A stretch of 64,000 nt of DNA from Eledone cirrhosa (GCA_964016885.1 OZ024742.1:96906001-96970000); one strand, 5' to 3'. Counted from the first letter of the stretch, positions 25,150-39,148 are shown. The notes: generated from the letters alone by a model not told the origin. Numbers and translations are program-made.

Positions 25150-26330
25150 TCAAAGAACATCATATGTCACTCATGTAGACTAAGCTACCACAGGAGCTGT
25201 TTTGGCATTACTAAGGTTCAAGCCGAAACTTTCTCAAACTGGACGTGTAACCAATGCCAAATCAGCTCTGATTCCCTTTGCAGGTCGGAACCTAGCTCTG
25301 ACGTTCAGATCGTCTGAGAATGTCCTCCCTTATATTCGTCCCCTGTTATTTGGGGCTAAACTTTTTGGCCTCACAAAGGACAATGGTGACCCTCACCCCA
25401 TAACAGTTGGGTGCACACTGCAACGGCTCACGGCGAAAGTATGTCTCTTTTCGATTTCAGCCTATCCGCCAAATTGTCCCTTATTCAGCTAGGGGTGGGT
25501 ACCAAACTGGGCTGTGTGGCTACCGCTCACGCCACCAGAACATTTACCTACTTGCCTTGTGAAACCCCCAAGATTATCCTGAAGTTAGATCTCAGGAATG
25601 CTTTCAATTCAGCTGGAATGTCATCCTCCGTTCAGTAAAGAAAAGAGCCCCACAGATTTACCACTTTGCTTAGCAAGCCTATCGGGTGCCCTCTTACCTC
25701 GCCTTCGGTGACCATTTCATCCTATCTGCCTCAGGATTCCAACAGAGCAACCGCTCGAACCTGTTGTTTCGCACTGGGCATTGATGATGTCGCCAATATA
25801 GGATTTGACCTCAATTTGAATGTCTGGTATCTGTATTGTGCTTATTTGGGGTTCCTCCAGATAGGGTACTTGCAACCGCGAATATGGTGATTGAGGAGCT
25901 GAACCGTAGGGGCCTTCATGTCAACAGTTCCAAAGGTAAACCCTGTCTTCTCAACCACCAAGCTTCACATCAGCAGGCTGTGACCTATTCACTGAGTCCT
26001 TCCTCTCAATTGTGATTTCTCCCTTATCAGGCTGGTGCTCACTTGGAGCCCCAGTTACTCCCCAAGCCTTCAAGTCCATCATTTGATCTAATTTTGCTAA
26101 CCTCGAGCAACCTTTACAAAACCTCGAAGACTTTGAGCCTCACCATGGTTTTTTAATACTTACGAATTATTTGTCAATCACTTAATTGTTGTATTTACTG
26201 AAGTAGTCCCTCTTACAAATCCTGGTCGTCTCTCCAATGCTTTGACAATTTAATATTTAGTGAGCTCGACGGTGTGGTCAATGACTGACTCTCCAGAGTC
26301 GCGCGACAAGGCTGTCTTACTCAAACGGTA
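25150..26330 (+). mobile_element. Decayed CRE-clade reverse transcriptase fragment
   Basis: FGAKLFGLTKDNGDPHPITVGCTLQRLTAK, QLGVGTKLGC, ILKLDLRNAFNS, NVWYL, LLGAP, broken by frameshifts. Confidence 0.82.
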
Positions 26331-26525
26331 GGTCAATCAGACTCAGCGACAATAGCTGCAAGTGAAATTTTGTTTTTGCCCCAGTGTTGCTTTGTCATAT
26401 TTCTTCCTCCAACTAATTTTGTTCTTAATATCAACATTGAACCTCCAGAGCTAACATTTCAAATGGAAACACATACTTCTTCTCTGAATAGTGAAAGGTT
26501 TTGATTTTCATTATGATAAGTTTAG

Positions 26526-26569
26526 CTGTCTGATGAAGGATTTAATTCCCAAAGCACCAAAAGCAACAG
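26526..26569 (+). ncRNA. Degenerate HHR-like motif
   Basis: CTGT-CTGATGA-AGGA tttaa TTCC-CAAA...GCA-ACAG. GAAA and the cleavage triplet are mutated. Confidence 0.4.
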
Positions 26570-26761
26570 TAAAACTACTTAGCACCAAAGCTCAAAGCCA
26601 GCTGTTATGATACATATATATAATACATATATGATACATATATATAACATCAACAACTATGAACATATGATCCAGACCTGCTATAGCCTTGGGCTGCAAC
26701 ATCTTTTCCAACCCATGCAAACATGGAAACATATGTGAGATGATATGTACATATGTATACA

Positions 26762-27038
<277 letters not shown>

Positions 27039-27363
27039 GGAGGCACATGGCTCAGTGGTTAGAGCATTGGCCTTGCAATCGAAAGGTTGTGAGTTCAATT
27101 CTTAGACCGGGTGATGTGTTGTTTCCTTGAGCAAGACACTTTATTTCACATTGCTCCAGTTTACTCAACTGTAGAAATGAGATGATAGGGACTGGGGTCT
27201 CTATCATTCCCCTGCAGGATAGTCGTGGAGGTGCCACGGCAAAAAAGCACCCAGCACTCACTGTAAATGAGGTTGGTGTAGAAATCAAGCCAGAATCAGT
27301 TCCTTTCCCACCCTTGCAAGCAGGGAAAAGCGGACGTAAAATGAAATGATGATGATGATGATG
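27039..27363 (+). mobile_element. tRNA-derived SINE family B (tRNA head, CORE-like segment, RTE-derived 3' tail, (ATG)n)
   Basis: A box TGGCTCAGTGG, B box GAGTTCAATTC, tccttgagcaagacacttt. Tail shared with the RTE 3' UTR at 45930-46080. Confidence 0.9.
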
Positions 27364-28013
27364 ATATGTGAGTGTGTGTTGATGATGATATATATGTGAG
27401 TGTGTGTTAATGAAAGAAAATATCATAATCATTTCTTTCTTTAAGAAACTAGGATAGAAAATCTGTGAAAATTGCCACAATGTGTGAATATTTTGTATTA
27501 AAGATGTAAGAAGAAAATGATTAAATAAAACAATAATAATAATAATAACTACACAGTAAATGGGGAAGGTAAATTTAGGATATATTGAAGAGATGGCTTT
27601 CTATGTGAAGTAGCAAAAGTGATTCAGTTTGAATAAAAACATTGAAAAGGATTGTATTAGCTAAAATGATGCTTATTCAAGATAATTTTCTATGACACAT
27701 TCTTTTCATTAAGTACTTTCTTGTAATAATGAAATGTTGTCTTTATCACTTTCATCATTATGATTACCATTTTTAGTTTTATTGTTTATGTTGTTGTTAT
27801 CCTCATGTTTTCAGTAGTTTTATCTATCTGCTGCGTAATTAAGTGCACATCTATGTTCCTCTGTTGGGAGGTAAAGTTGGTATATATATATATATGTAAA
27901 GTGAAAGAATTTGCTCCGAAATCATTAGACGTGTCCGTCGAACTTGCGGGTCCAGAATCAGACAGATCCACACAATGATCGTGTCTCGAGCTGTCCGCCG
28001 GCGAAACAATTGT

Positions 28014-28344
28014 AACACACAATAAATTGAGTTCAGATGCATCACTGATTTTATGTTTTATATTATATATATATATATATTATTAGAAATGTAAGCTATC
28101 GCCGTATTTTGACTAAAGAAATTAAAGAAATTATTTAGCCTGATAGAACAAGGGAGTTCCATGTACGTGAAAACTCATCTTTTTCCATTTCTCCGAGGGT
28201 TCTTAACCCCACTATCAGGCTAAATAATTTCTTTAATTTCTTTAGTCAAAATACGGCGATAGCTTACATTTCTAATAATATATATATATATATAATATAA
28301 AACATAAAATCAGTGATGCATCTGAACTCAATTTATTGTGTGTT
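28014..28344. repeat. Inverted duplication with about 133-bp arms and a 65-bp spacer
   Basis: 28014-28146 versus 28212-28344, nearly identical. The arms include an internal (TA)n and the end of the neighbouring repeat. Confidence 0.93.
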
Positions 28345-28399
28345 TCTAATAATTTCAAACCAACTCGCTGTTTCGAAAATATTATTACATATATATATA

Positions 28400-29365
28400 T
28401 ATATATATAGATAGGTAGATAGATTGTTGTATTTGGGCCATATTGCCAATGGTGCCAATAGAAAGAATCATATGCACTATAATATAATTTCCACTTTATC
28501 TTCATTGTTCTTCATTCATTAGTTTATCACTGTTTTTTCGTGTCACATTCTGTGACCACCTCAATGATTATCTGTGTTGTGCCTCTTCTTTTCTTGGTCT
28601 TAAATTTCTACTCCATCTTGTCTTTGTTTGTTTTCTGGTGCATTTTTTGTGTTTCGTGTCTGTGCATGAGTTTGCATCTATGTTGATGTGTGCGTATGTG
28701 ATTTTGTGTTTGTCGTGTCTATGTGTATTTTATCTGTGTGTGTGAGTTTGTATCTTTTGCTTTTTGTGTCTTTATTCTATCTTCAGTCATTAAGTTGTGG
28801 GTTGTTACTATTCCACTGTGGTTTTCTGTTTAGACTACGCCTATCTTCTATTATTTGAGTGGCTTCTGTAGTTTGTCTGAGTGTTGCATCAGTTCTATGT
28901 GTGGATAGGGTCTTTACTTCTATGTTACATATTGAGCCCTCGTGCTCTAATTTGGCATGATGGTATAGCACTGATGAGCTTTTCTCCTCCTTAAGTTCTT
29001 GCCAGTGTTCCTTTAATATATCTCCATTACTAGGGGCTGTCTCTCCTATGTGTGTCGTTGTCTTGTTTCTCTGAACATTTCTAGCTTTAGAGTTTATCTA
29101 TGGGCTTATCTTACAGACTGTACAGTTTCTATCAGTACAGGACTTTTTCCTAAAGGAGTATGTCCTACTGATCCGGAATTTTAAGGTAGTTCCAGGTGTT
29201 TCTACTACTTTAATCCTCAGGTTCATTTTTTCTAAAGCTCTTCTAAAATGATACGCTAGTTCAATCTTCGGGTAGCATCGACAATCATGACACTCTGGTA
29301 TTTTTTGCTATGAGTTGGCCTTCGCTATCTTTTTCTTAGACGTTTCTATACTATTCCATGATATA
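28400..29365 (-). mobile_element. Decayed Penelope-like GIY-YIG fragment, related to 22450-23100
   Basis: Minus strand LRIKVVEKTPG, THIGETA, SVLYHHA, LRQTTEATQI...LNRKPQWN. Confidence 0.8.
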
Positions 29366-30019
29366 ATATTAAGAAGTTGACCAATTCACAAGGTGCTTCA
29401 CGCAATGTATGGTACAGAAACATCATGCCCCTCACTGCCCTACTGAATGCTACTTGGGTTTAAACAGTTGTCAAGTATATCTCTAAGGAATTCTGTAGTG
29501 AGATTTTAAAACTTGAATAAATTCATCAAGGTAACCAACAATCTTCCAATATGATCAACGACTTAATGATCATCAAATCATCCAATAACGACATATATAT
29601 ATCGAACGAAGATGAGTCATAGAGACACCATTATGATACATTGTCGGTCTTGAATATTTTAAACTTGATAGGTCATACATAATTAATCATATATTCTATA
29701 AGGAAATACATGTAAATTTACTTATAATATATTTAAGGAAAAAATAATAACATTCATGGACTTCGGCAAATTCGGTAGTAGAATAACAAAACTTTGGCAT
29801 TTAGATCATGCTGTACATTACTGCTCTACGGCCACCCAACTTTAAAATGCATACAGCATCAATCATATAAGAAGTATGAAACACAAGCGACACTGAAGTA
29901 ACAATAGAAACAAAATATTTCTTACAACATTGCAGAAGTCTATGCGCGTGCATGCACACACACATACACACACACACACACACTCACACAATAACTATAT
30001 ATATGTCTTTGCTTTTTCA

Positions 30020-31130
30020 GGCAAAACAAAAACAATTGTACAAACTTGATAATGAAACGTATAACCAGCTTGCCCTTAATATCATAACAAATACATACCA
30101 GAAAGCCACACCTAAGACCTATAACATGATTAATGATCAAGTCAATGATATAGCCAGAAATGTCAAGATAGACAATAGAGTAGAACGCTTAGCTGGTCGT
30201 GATGCCTTCATTACCCTGAAGGATCACGAACCTGGCTTCGCAAACAGGCCTAGCTGTAGATTAACAAATCCAGCACAGACAGCACTATCTAGGGAAAAAA
30301 ACTTTTAAGAGACTTCAACAATTATATCATTAAAAACAACAATCCCTCACTATGGAATAATACAACATCTGTCATATTCTAGTTCAGAGAAATCCTTTCT
30401 AATAACAGGATCATATTCACACTGTTTGATATTATTGATTTTTATGCCTCCATTTCTGGAACCTTCTTAATAGTGGTTTAGACTGTGCTTCTTCTTTTGT
30501 ATACATCAGTGGAATGGAATATGAACAAATACTCCACATGTGTAAAACACTTCCATTTAGTAACGATAGTATTTGGGTAAAAGATGTTACCAATATGACT
30601 CTTTTGACGTCTCCATGTATATAATTTTATTGGCTTATGCATTCTTCATACGCTAAAGTCAAAGTTTCCCAACAACTTCTTTGATCTATACAATTTCCAC
30701 ATTATTGTAACGGCCACACTCTAGATAGATTTCCTAAAAATTCATCTCCTATGACAGAAAACGAATTATCTAGTTTGCACCCCTCTTTTCCCTTAAAGTA
30801 AAGACTCATGGAGGTAAGGTTTTAGAGCTAATAGTTAGCATATTCCTGTGGCCTGTGTATGGGATAAAAAATTACCACAAAGAATAAAACCGACGTAAAT
30901 ACTGGTTGCTCTTGAAGGATTAAAGGAAACTGCCCTCCCCAAGAGAAATTTTATGTCAAATCCATAGTGTATGAGACAGAGATTACACACAACACCACAG
31001 AAAATTCTGAAGTCAGCAAAAGATATGTTGGCATGGTGCAAGATCGCTTTAAACAACATTTTTACTTGCATCTCCATTCTTTCATAAAAAGCTTATATTA
31101 AATTTCATACACCTAACATATATGCACAAC
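30020..31130 (+). mobile_element. Decayed Penelope-like RT/GIY-YIG remnant
   Basis: NIITNTYQKA...DNRVERLA.RDAFITLKDHEPGFANRPSCRLTNPA, FDIIDFYASIS, FDVSM, YVGMVQDRFKQHF. Confidence 0.8.
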
Positions 31131-32198
31131 CTTAAATTTCCAGTTATCTCCATCTCTGTATAGTGGAGGTGCTATACTAAAACTGGCTTCAATCATCAAG
31201 AGCAATGACAATGATTTAAAGAAAAACTGTTACTTTAAGAAAAATGGTCATATTTCGTGAAAATTTCTACTCAAGAACATATCGGTATAAACCCCCCACC
31301 ACAAAAAACCCTAGATCATGATATTACAGAGGTGGATAAAATCTGTGCTGGCAAAGATCCATCTAAACCATGCAAGCATGGAAGATGGACATTAAAATGA
31401 TGTATAGTGTGTAGTCTTGAAAACCATATAATCTACTACTTGTAGCTTAATCTGGAAGCTATAGTCCCAAATATGTTTTACCTTTTTAATACCAAACTAC
31501 CTGTGACAACCACTTTTTCTATGATACAAAAGTGTTCATATTTAAATATAAACTTATAATTTCCTGTAAGAAAATGTTGTTTCAAATTTTAGTTCAATAA
31601 TAAAGTATGTTTTATTACTAACTTCCTACAAATTCTTGATTATTTTAAAAATTAATTGAAATAAATAGGTAATACATTTTGTTGATTTCTAATTTAGGTT
31701 CAAGACCAGTAAATCTGGAAGAGTAAAGTTGATTATATCAACATAATTAGTACCTCAGAATAAAGGGAAATATAGATATATGGTAACAAAAAATAACATC
31801 CTGTTCTAGACAAGCTATTTCGAATATTTGAGGCATTTTAATTTTCATAGATTGAGCACTTATGAAGGAAATGTGCAAACTGCCAATGAAAATGTATATA
31901 AAGATGTGGCGATGTAGAATCTGTGACCGAATTAAAAATACGATTTTTCAAAATATGCAGAATTTTTGAGAGACATTTTTACCAAAATGATTAACTTAAC
32001 TAAAAGTGTATTTTGGATAAAGAAATGAATATTCTTTATCAAGTATTACTTAGCATAAAAAAGAAAATAAATAACTGGTGCTGCATTGCAAAACTCAAGC
32101 ATTGGCACCATTGGTATGAAATGGCATGTCTTGAAAAATGTTTGAGCTTAAAACTGTCTCTTATTCCAATTTTCTCTCTTTCCCTCTCTCTTTTCCAA

Positions 32199-32230
<32 letters not shown>

Positions 32231-32338
32231 GAATAGAATGAAATGAAATTTCATTTCTCACTCTTAGTACGGCACTTACTTAAATGTAAGTATGTATGAT
32301 ACGCTAAACTGATACGTACATATATATATGTGTGCCTG

Positions 32339-32373
<35 letters not shown>

Positions 32374-32532
32374 GCTACTGTTCGTCTGTATACATATATG
32401 TATGTATGTATACATACATACTTACATATATATATATACATATTTGGAAAAGAGAGAGGGAAAGACAAATATATATATCCTTACTTCTATTGTGACATAT
32501 ATATATATATATATATACATAATAATAATAAT

Positions 32533-32720
32533 TGTTTCTACTATTGGCACAAGGCCAGCAATTAACAGTACATTACTGGTACTTTATTTGATCGACCCCG
32601 TAAGGATGAAAGGTAAAGTTAACCTTGACGGGATTTGAACTCAGAATGGCAAGGGCCATAACTCTATGTATCAAAGCATGACATCCGACCCTCTACCGAT
32701 ACTGCCAATCCACCACCCTT
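32533..32720 (-). mobile_element. SINE family A in (TAA)n
   Basis: Family consensus match. Confidence 0.9.
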
Positions 32721-32936
32721 AATAATAATACTAATGCTATTTATAGTTATGTATATACTATAAACAACTATAAACAGGAAAGATCAGTAATTTCCTACTA
32801 CCTTATTACCAGTAAGAGAAATACCTCAATGTAAGAACATCAGGTGCTTTACAGAGCAGGAAAATAAATTAGACAATTATCAAAGTTGTGTTCAATATAT
32901 AAAGGTGTGTGTATTTATTACATTATACTAGAATTA

Positions 32937-33101
32937 TAGGGTCTGACATTATGCTTTGCAGCAAAGAGTTACGGCCCTTTATGGTTTGAGTTCAAATCCC
33001 GCCGAGGTTAACTTTGCCTTTCATCCTTACGGGGTTGATAAAATAAAGTACCAGTAATGTATTGGGTAATTGCTGGCCTTGTGCCAAAAGTAGAAACAAT
33101 T
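32937..33101 (+). mobile_element. SINE family A, 5'-truncated
   Basis: Family consensus match, inverted relative to 32533-32720. Confidence 0.88.
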
Positions 33102-33289
33102 ATACCAGAATTATATTAATCATTAAAAGAAAATCACTCATCCTTTCATATATTAATTTTGTTTTATGATAATGCAGTGATGATATTATGATGGACTATT
33201 GCAATATCTGTCTTCTTTTCAACAGTAAAGTAGATTTTCAGTAATCACTGTGTCTCTGTTAAGAGCACTTTATTCTATATCGCATCAGT

Positions 33290-33755
33290 TGACCTATTTC
33301 CTAGAAATAGGCTGCACATTCTGTGAATCTTACTGCCGATATACCTTCCCCCAATACCACATCTGGCAATATTACCTATAAAATACCATTACTCTAAATA
33401 GGTCACAATATCTAGCAATATTAACTATGACATACCGGCACAGTACATAGGTCTCAGAACATCTGGCAATGTTAACTATGACATACCCTCACTGTAAATA
33501 GGTCATAAAATAGTTGGCCCCTTTAAATATGACACACCACCATTATAAATAGGTCACAACTTGTTTGACAATGTTACCTGTGACATACTATCATTGTAAA
33601 TAGGTCACAAAATGCTTAGCAATCTTACCACCACCATCACCACCATAATTATGTGTCTGCATATGTGGCTATGTTACGAAAAACAACTACCAGACTATCT
33701 GGTATACTTATCTATGACATACCATTAATGTAAATAGCTAAAAGAATATCTGGCT
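33290..33755. repeat. Diverged minisatellite with about 51-bp period
   Basis: AAATAGGTCA-like anchor at 33396, 33445, 33496, 33547 and 33598. Confidence 0.85.
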
Positions 33756-33759
33756 ATCA

Positions 33760-34390
33760 GCAAGTGACCACAGGAAACAAGTGCTACCAAATTCTGGGAG
33801 GGCTCCGAAGAAACATTAGACAGCTTCTGCTATCTAGCTGACGAATTTAGCAATGGAGGTGGGTGTTCTGAAAGTACTGTAGCCAGAGTGATAACAAGAC
33901 GGAAGAAGTTCAGGGAGCTACTAACACTGCTAGCTACAAAAGGATTTTCCCTCAAAATGAAAGGTGTACTGTAAGATAAATGTATACAAACAGCAATGTT
34001 GCATGGTAGTGAGGCCTGGGCACTGTGTGCAGAGAACTTGTGAATATTTGATAGAAATGAAGCATGCATGCTCCAATGTATGTGTAATAGTAATATACAG
34101 GAATGCCAAAGCATACATGAAAAGAGAGAGAAACCAGGCATAAAATGAATCAGATGCAGTGTGCAGGAGAAGAGATGGCATTAATATGGACATGTGATGT
34201 GTATGATGATAGCTGTATAACAGGTTGCGGTGAGAGCAAAGTTGATGGAAGCCATGGAGTGAGAAGACTGTGAAAGATTTGAGATGAGGTGATAAAAGCT
34301 GACCTTGCACAATTGCACCTCTCAAGGGTGATGGTACAATACATATTTGGCATTATGCAGTAATACAGAAGTCCCACCCTTATTTGCCTA
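33760..34390 (+). mobile_element. Decayed RTE RT C-terminal fragment
   Basis: DSFCYL...GGGCSESTVARV...KKFRELL.LLA.KGFSL...MLHGSEAWAL, homologous to 46130-46760. Confidence 0.85.
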
Positions 34391-34698
34391 TGAAGCTGTA
34401 TAAGTTGGCTCAACTTAATATAGAACAGAATTAGAATTTAGCTTCGAACATAGCTGTATAAAAACATGTATTTGAATTTCGTATTTCTAAAGAAATACGG
34501 TATGTTCACAAATAAACATTTAGAAAGCCATAGCTATGAAAGACACTAGTAGCTAATGCCACCAAGCTAGATTCTTATTCTATTCTATAATTAGTTGAGC
34601 CAACTTGTACAAATGAGATTAATCACCTCATTTACACAGACAAAAAAATATATTTTTGGCGTTTTTCAAAGTCCGGCAGTTGCAAGAGCAGAAGAGTT

Positions 34699-34738
34699 CA
34701 TCTAGACGAGAACCAGTTGAGTTTGAAATGCATCGACG
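34699..34738 (+). ncRNA. Degenerate minimal HHR
   Basis: CATC-TAGACGA-GAAC cagttga GTTT-GAAA-TGCA-TC-GACG. Lies just after the imperfect inverted repeat 34397-34444/34564-34610. Confidence 0.45.
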
Positions 34739-34820
34739 ATTGTCTCCCTTGCTTCTGTCGAGCACCATATTTCTTTAGAAATGCAATATTCAAATATATA
34801 TATATACACACACACACGCA

Positions 34821-34851
<31 letters not shown>

Positions 34852-34894
34852 GTTTAACGTCCATCTTCCACGCTTGCATGGGGATGTGTATATA

Positions 34895-34933
<39 letters not shown>

Positions 34934-34941
<8 letters not shown>

Positions 34942-35009
34942 ATACTTTGGGAGGGTCATGTTGCCAATAAGAAACACACGCACCATGACCCTCCCAAAGT
35001 ATAACAATA
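34934..35009. repeat. Mini hairpin made of the pseudo-LTR terminus
   Basis: tattgttatactttgggagggtcatg / catgaccctcccaaagtataacaata, the same terminus as 3265-3290. Confidence 0.85.
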
Positions 35010-35066
35010 TCAGTTTCAACACACGATTTCAGATAAAGAATCTTGCTAAACAAATTCAGAAACGAA

Positions 35067-35098
<32 letters not shown>

Positions 35099-36097
35099 AT
35101 AAATTTATTTATTTATATATAAGGCTTCATCACAGTTTCTATCAAACAGAATCTATCAAACGACATGTTTACCTGAGGCAATAGTAGAAGATACATGCCT
35201 TAGGTGCCACTGAATGAGATTAAGCCTGAAACCGCATAGTTATGGCAAAGTAAACTACTGCACCACCCACCAAATGCCTAATCATACTTATTTATTTATC
35301 TAGTTGTTTATTTATTCATTATTTAATCCATGATTGTGAATTCATAGGATTCTTGCTTTAAAAAAAAACATTTTTTTTTTTGCACAGTGGAGGAAATAAT
35401 ATTAATACAGTTGAATAATTTCTGGAACACCTCTCATAAAAACAGGATTATGTCTCTCACACAAATTCTTCAGCTAGCAATTTTTGGTATTTCCTTTTGT
35501 TAATTGATTTGGCAGTCAAAAGGCAACGATTACACCTGTTTTCCCTGAATGTTCTTCTTTTCCTATCGTGTGACTATCATTGGAAACCACTTAGGAATAT
35601 TTGAGTTTTCTTTAGTGCTAGTTAAGTTACCTCTCCTACAGTACCTTCCCCTACCATCACAACCACTTTGTTTCCATCATACCTACTCCTCTAAAACCAC
35701 ACCCACTCCCCTACCATTACATCTGCCCAGCTTTACACTGAATCCACTCCCACCACAATCACTCCACCGCCATCACATTTATTCTGCTATTACAGCTAAT
35801 CTGTTCCCAGCATACCTACTCTGCTGTCATTGCACCCACTTTGCTCTTACTTGGACATATCTATAACCTTAGCAGTATTTCATTTCATAGAGAAATTCTC
35901 ATTTCATTTTCCTCATCACCTCTTCAAGACTGAAAGCACTATTTTTTCTTTTCCTCTTAAGATTATGATTCTCTTTTAGCATACTTAATTGTGTACAAAT
36001 ATGTGTGTGTGTCTCCTTGTGTGTATTTGTTTGTATAAGTGTGTGTATATATATATGGTGATGATGATATGTGCATGTGTGAGTATTTATATAAGAG

Positions 36098-36144
<47 letters not shown>

Positions 36145-37590
36145 TCATCATCATCATTTCATTTTACATTCGCTTTTCCCTGCTTGCAAGGGTTGGACGG
36201 GTCCTATTCAGTACAGCATCTCTCAACTATATATATATGCTAGCATGGAAGATAGATGTTAAACAATGATGATGATGATGATGATGATATATATATACAC
36301 ACAAAACTTCAGCTGTATATATACATGTGTATATTGTATCCATGAATTCTTTTCCCAATAGAAAATGTAAAGGAAATTGTTCCTGGCCATGTATCAATAC
36401 ACAGATATATTTTCTTCCAAAGATTAAATTTATGTATATACCCAACACACACACTCACACATATATATGTATCCCACTCCATCCAGGTTCACTCTGATCT
36501 CTTTAAATCCCTACACACCAGTCATATCTCTCACCCTACCTGTGATCATACAACCTATCTCTTCTCTCATGTCACCCTGTCAAATTCCACTGCACTTTTC
36601 ATACACTGTACACCTCTCCCTTTTATTATTCCTATTCCTTTAAATCCCATTACACTAGGCAAAGTTCTTTAGCAACTGTTCTCATTATTGTCCCCACCCC
36701 TCTCCTCTTTCACATCACCCTGTCAAACCTCTCCGCAATTGTCATCATTCACCGAAGACATTAAAATTGTCATTCTGCCTTCCCCTCCACCCAAAGCATC
36801 ATGAATATTATCATATTTACTTCCTCCCTCCTATCCCACCAAACATTGCTTACTTGGTGCAATTTTACCATTACCCTCATACCTCATATGGGAATGGCAT
36901 GGAGTTTTAGAATCAAGAGAGTATTGAATGAAAATGCTTTGTTGTACTTGTTCTGGCTCTTTATGTTCTGGATTTGAATCCTGTTGAGGTAAAATTTGTA
37001 TTCTATCCTTTTGATATTTGTCAATGCTTTTTATATCCTCATTTCAATCCATCCAAGGTCAAGATAAAGTACCAGTCATGTACTGATGTCAATATAATTG
37101 GTTTTTCCCATCCCCATATTGCTAGACTTGTGACAATGTTAGAAAAAACTATATCTACACACACACCCACACAATATAGTGAAATATGGGCAGTGAGTAC
37201 AGGAGTAAAGGCTAGACAAATGAGTTAATCATTCTCCAATGAATGTGTTATGTTAGTGTGCATGGTCAGTGAAGCATGAATGAACTGAGAGTAAAACTGG
37301 CCATAAGAGGAACCAGATGTAGTTTGCAAGAAAGAGGTTTGTACTAGTATGGACCTGTAATGCATATGGGAAATGGTCATTAGGTGAATAAGTGGCAAAA
37401 TTGTCAAAGGAAAGAAGATACAGTAGAGAAAAATTCGATCAGTGGTTACGAGAACTGACCTTAAAACCCTGACCCTCACAAATGAAATGATAACAAAATG
37501 CAAAAATAGAGGGAAGCTGTGCTGGAAAAAACACATCCAACTGAGGCAAGCATACACAAGGGGACAACATTAAATGATTTTAATATCTGT

Positions 37591-37646
<56 letters not shown>

Positions 37647-37819
37647 TTATATATAGGATTGTACACACATATATATATACATACACAGCAGTCCAATGAG
37701 CTTTTGATTTCACCATCAGGCCAGATTGATACAAATGAATCCTTGAGCTGCTCAATAGCAAAACGCGCATCACACATCAATAATTGGAATTATAATTATT
37801 ATTATTATTGTTATTATTG

Positions 37820-38888
37820 AGTCTCAGTCATTGATGTTAGTTAACTGGAAAATGTGTTGAAATGAATATCAAGCCACTACCTGCAGCCTCAGATATTCAG
37901 GACGTATCGGAGGGTACTTGCTGTTCCCAGCAAGCATGCCTTTTGAAGCGTTCCAAAAAGCGTGGCAGGGCCAATTTTATTTAACCACCCTTGGAAACTC
38001 TTCGAGATAGTACCTAGTGCACCTATGACAATCGGGACCACTTTGATTTCATGGCAGTTCCAAATCCTTTTTACCTCCCACTTTAAGTCCTGGTATCGGT
38101 TAATTTTCTCCCTCTCCTTCTCTTGCACTCTCGTGTCGAATGGGATCCAAAATCAGGCACAATCCTTTTTCCTTGTCCAAAACCACCAGGTCAGGTCTAT
38201 TGTGTTCCAGTTTCTTGTCCGTCTGTATCCTAAAATCCCACAGCACCTTCACCTGATCGTTTTCTATCACCGACTCTGGCTTATGCTCATACCACTTCTC
38301 AGAATGTGGTAAATTGTTTACTTTGCATAGGTTCCAGTGGATCACCCTCCCATCACATCATGTCTCCAGCCTTTATAGTGAGTCTGGGCTAGGTGTTTAC
38401 ACTCGGATACAATGTGAGCCACAGTCTCCTCTCTCTCTCCACAGATCCTGCACAGTGGGCTAGCCTCTTCCTTGTAAATATGGTGTTTCAACCACATCGT
38501 TTTGAGGGCCTGCTCTTGCGCAGCAATTAGCATTCCTTCTGTAGCCTTTTTAAGGTCTCCTCTTTTCAACCAGTTCCATGTCTGTGGATCTCTGAATTCA
38601 GTTTTCTCAAAGAAAGTACTATGAAGGGATTTTTCATGAAGGCTGTTCTTTCTCCTTGTTATTTCCTCCTTGGACATCCCCTGGTCTATTGTCCTCTCCT
38701 TCAGTACAATTCTGAACATTGGCTCCTTACTTTCAGTCACGTATTTGTGTAGGTTGCTTTTCTCCATCTGAACACAGTCCTCTATGCTGATAAGACCTCT
38801 TTCACCTTCAGATCTCCTTAAGTAGAATCTATCGACATCACTCCTCTTGTGGAACATGTTGTAGATAGTCAATAGCTTCCTAGTCTTC
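37820..38888 (-). mobile_element. 5'-truncated R4/Dong-clade non-LTR element (CCHC zinc knuckle plus REL endonuclease) in (TAA)n
   Basis: RFYLRRSEGERGL, CRICGEREETVAHIVSEC, RHD, LWDFRIQTD..LEHNRPDLVV, EKINRYQDL, VVPIVIGALG. TTA repeats on both sides. Confidence 0.92.
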
Positions 38889-38926
38889 TTCTTCTTCTTC
38901 TTATTATTATTATTATTATTATTATT

Positions 38927-39115
38927 AAGGGCGGTGGATTGGTAGTATTGGTAGAGGGTCGGATGCCATGCTTTGCAGCAAAGAGTTATGTCCCTTTATG
39001 ATCTGAGTTCAAATCCCGCTGAGGTTAACTTTGCCTTTGATCCTTACGTGGTCGATAAAATAAAGCACCAGTAATACACTGGAATAATTGGTGGCCTGTG
39101 CCAAATGTAGAAACA

Positions 39116-39148
<33 letters not shown>

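Noticed and set aside
27039-27112. tRNA-like sequence with A and B boxes (also 39598 and SINE A heads)
   Set aside because: Cloverleaf stems are broken and the sequence runs into a multicopy SINE body.
33290-33755. CRISPR-like array or coding repeat
   Set aside because: Eukaryotic context, the whole unit is repeated with no unique spacers, no cas genes, and stops in the frames examined.
37570-37820. DARFAIEQLKDSFVSIWPDGEIKSSLDCC as a possible exon
   Set aside because: No convincing acceptor site and no recognisable homology; it is a short island between microsatellites.
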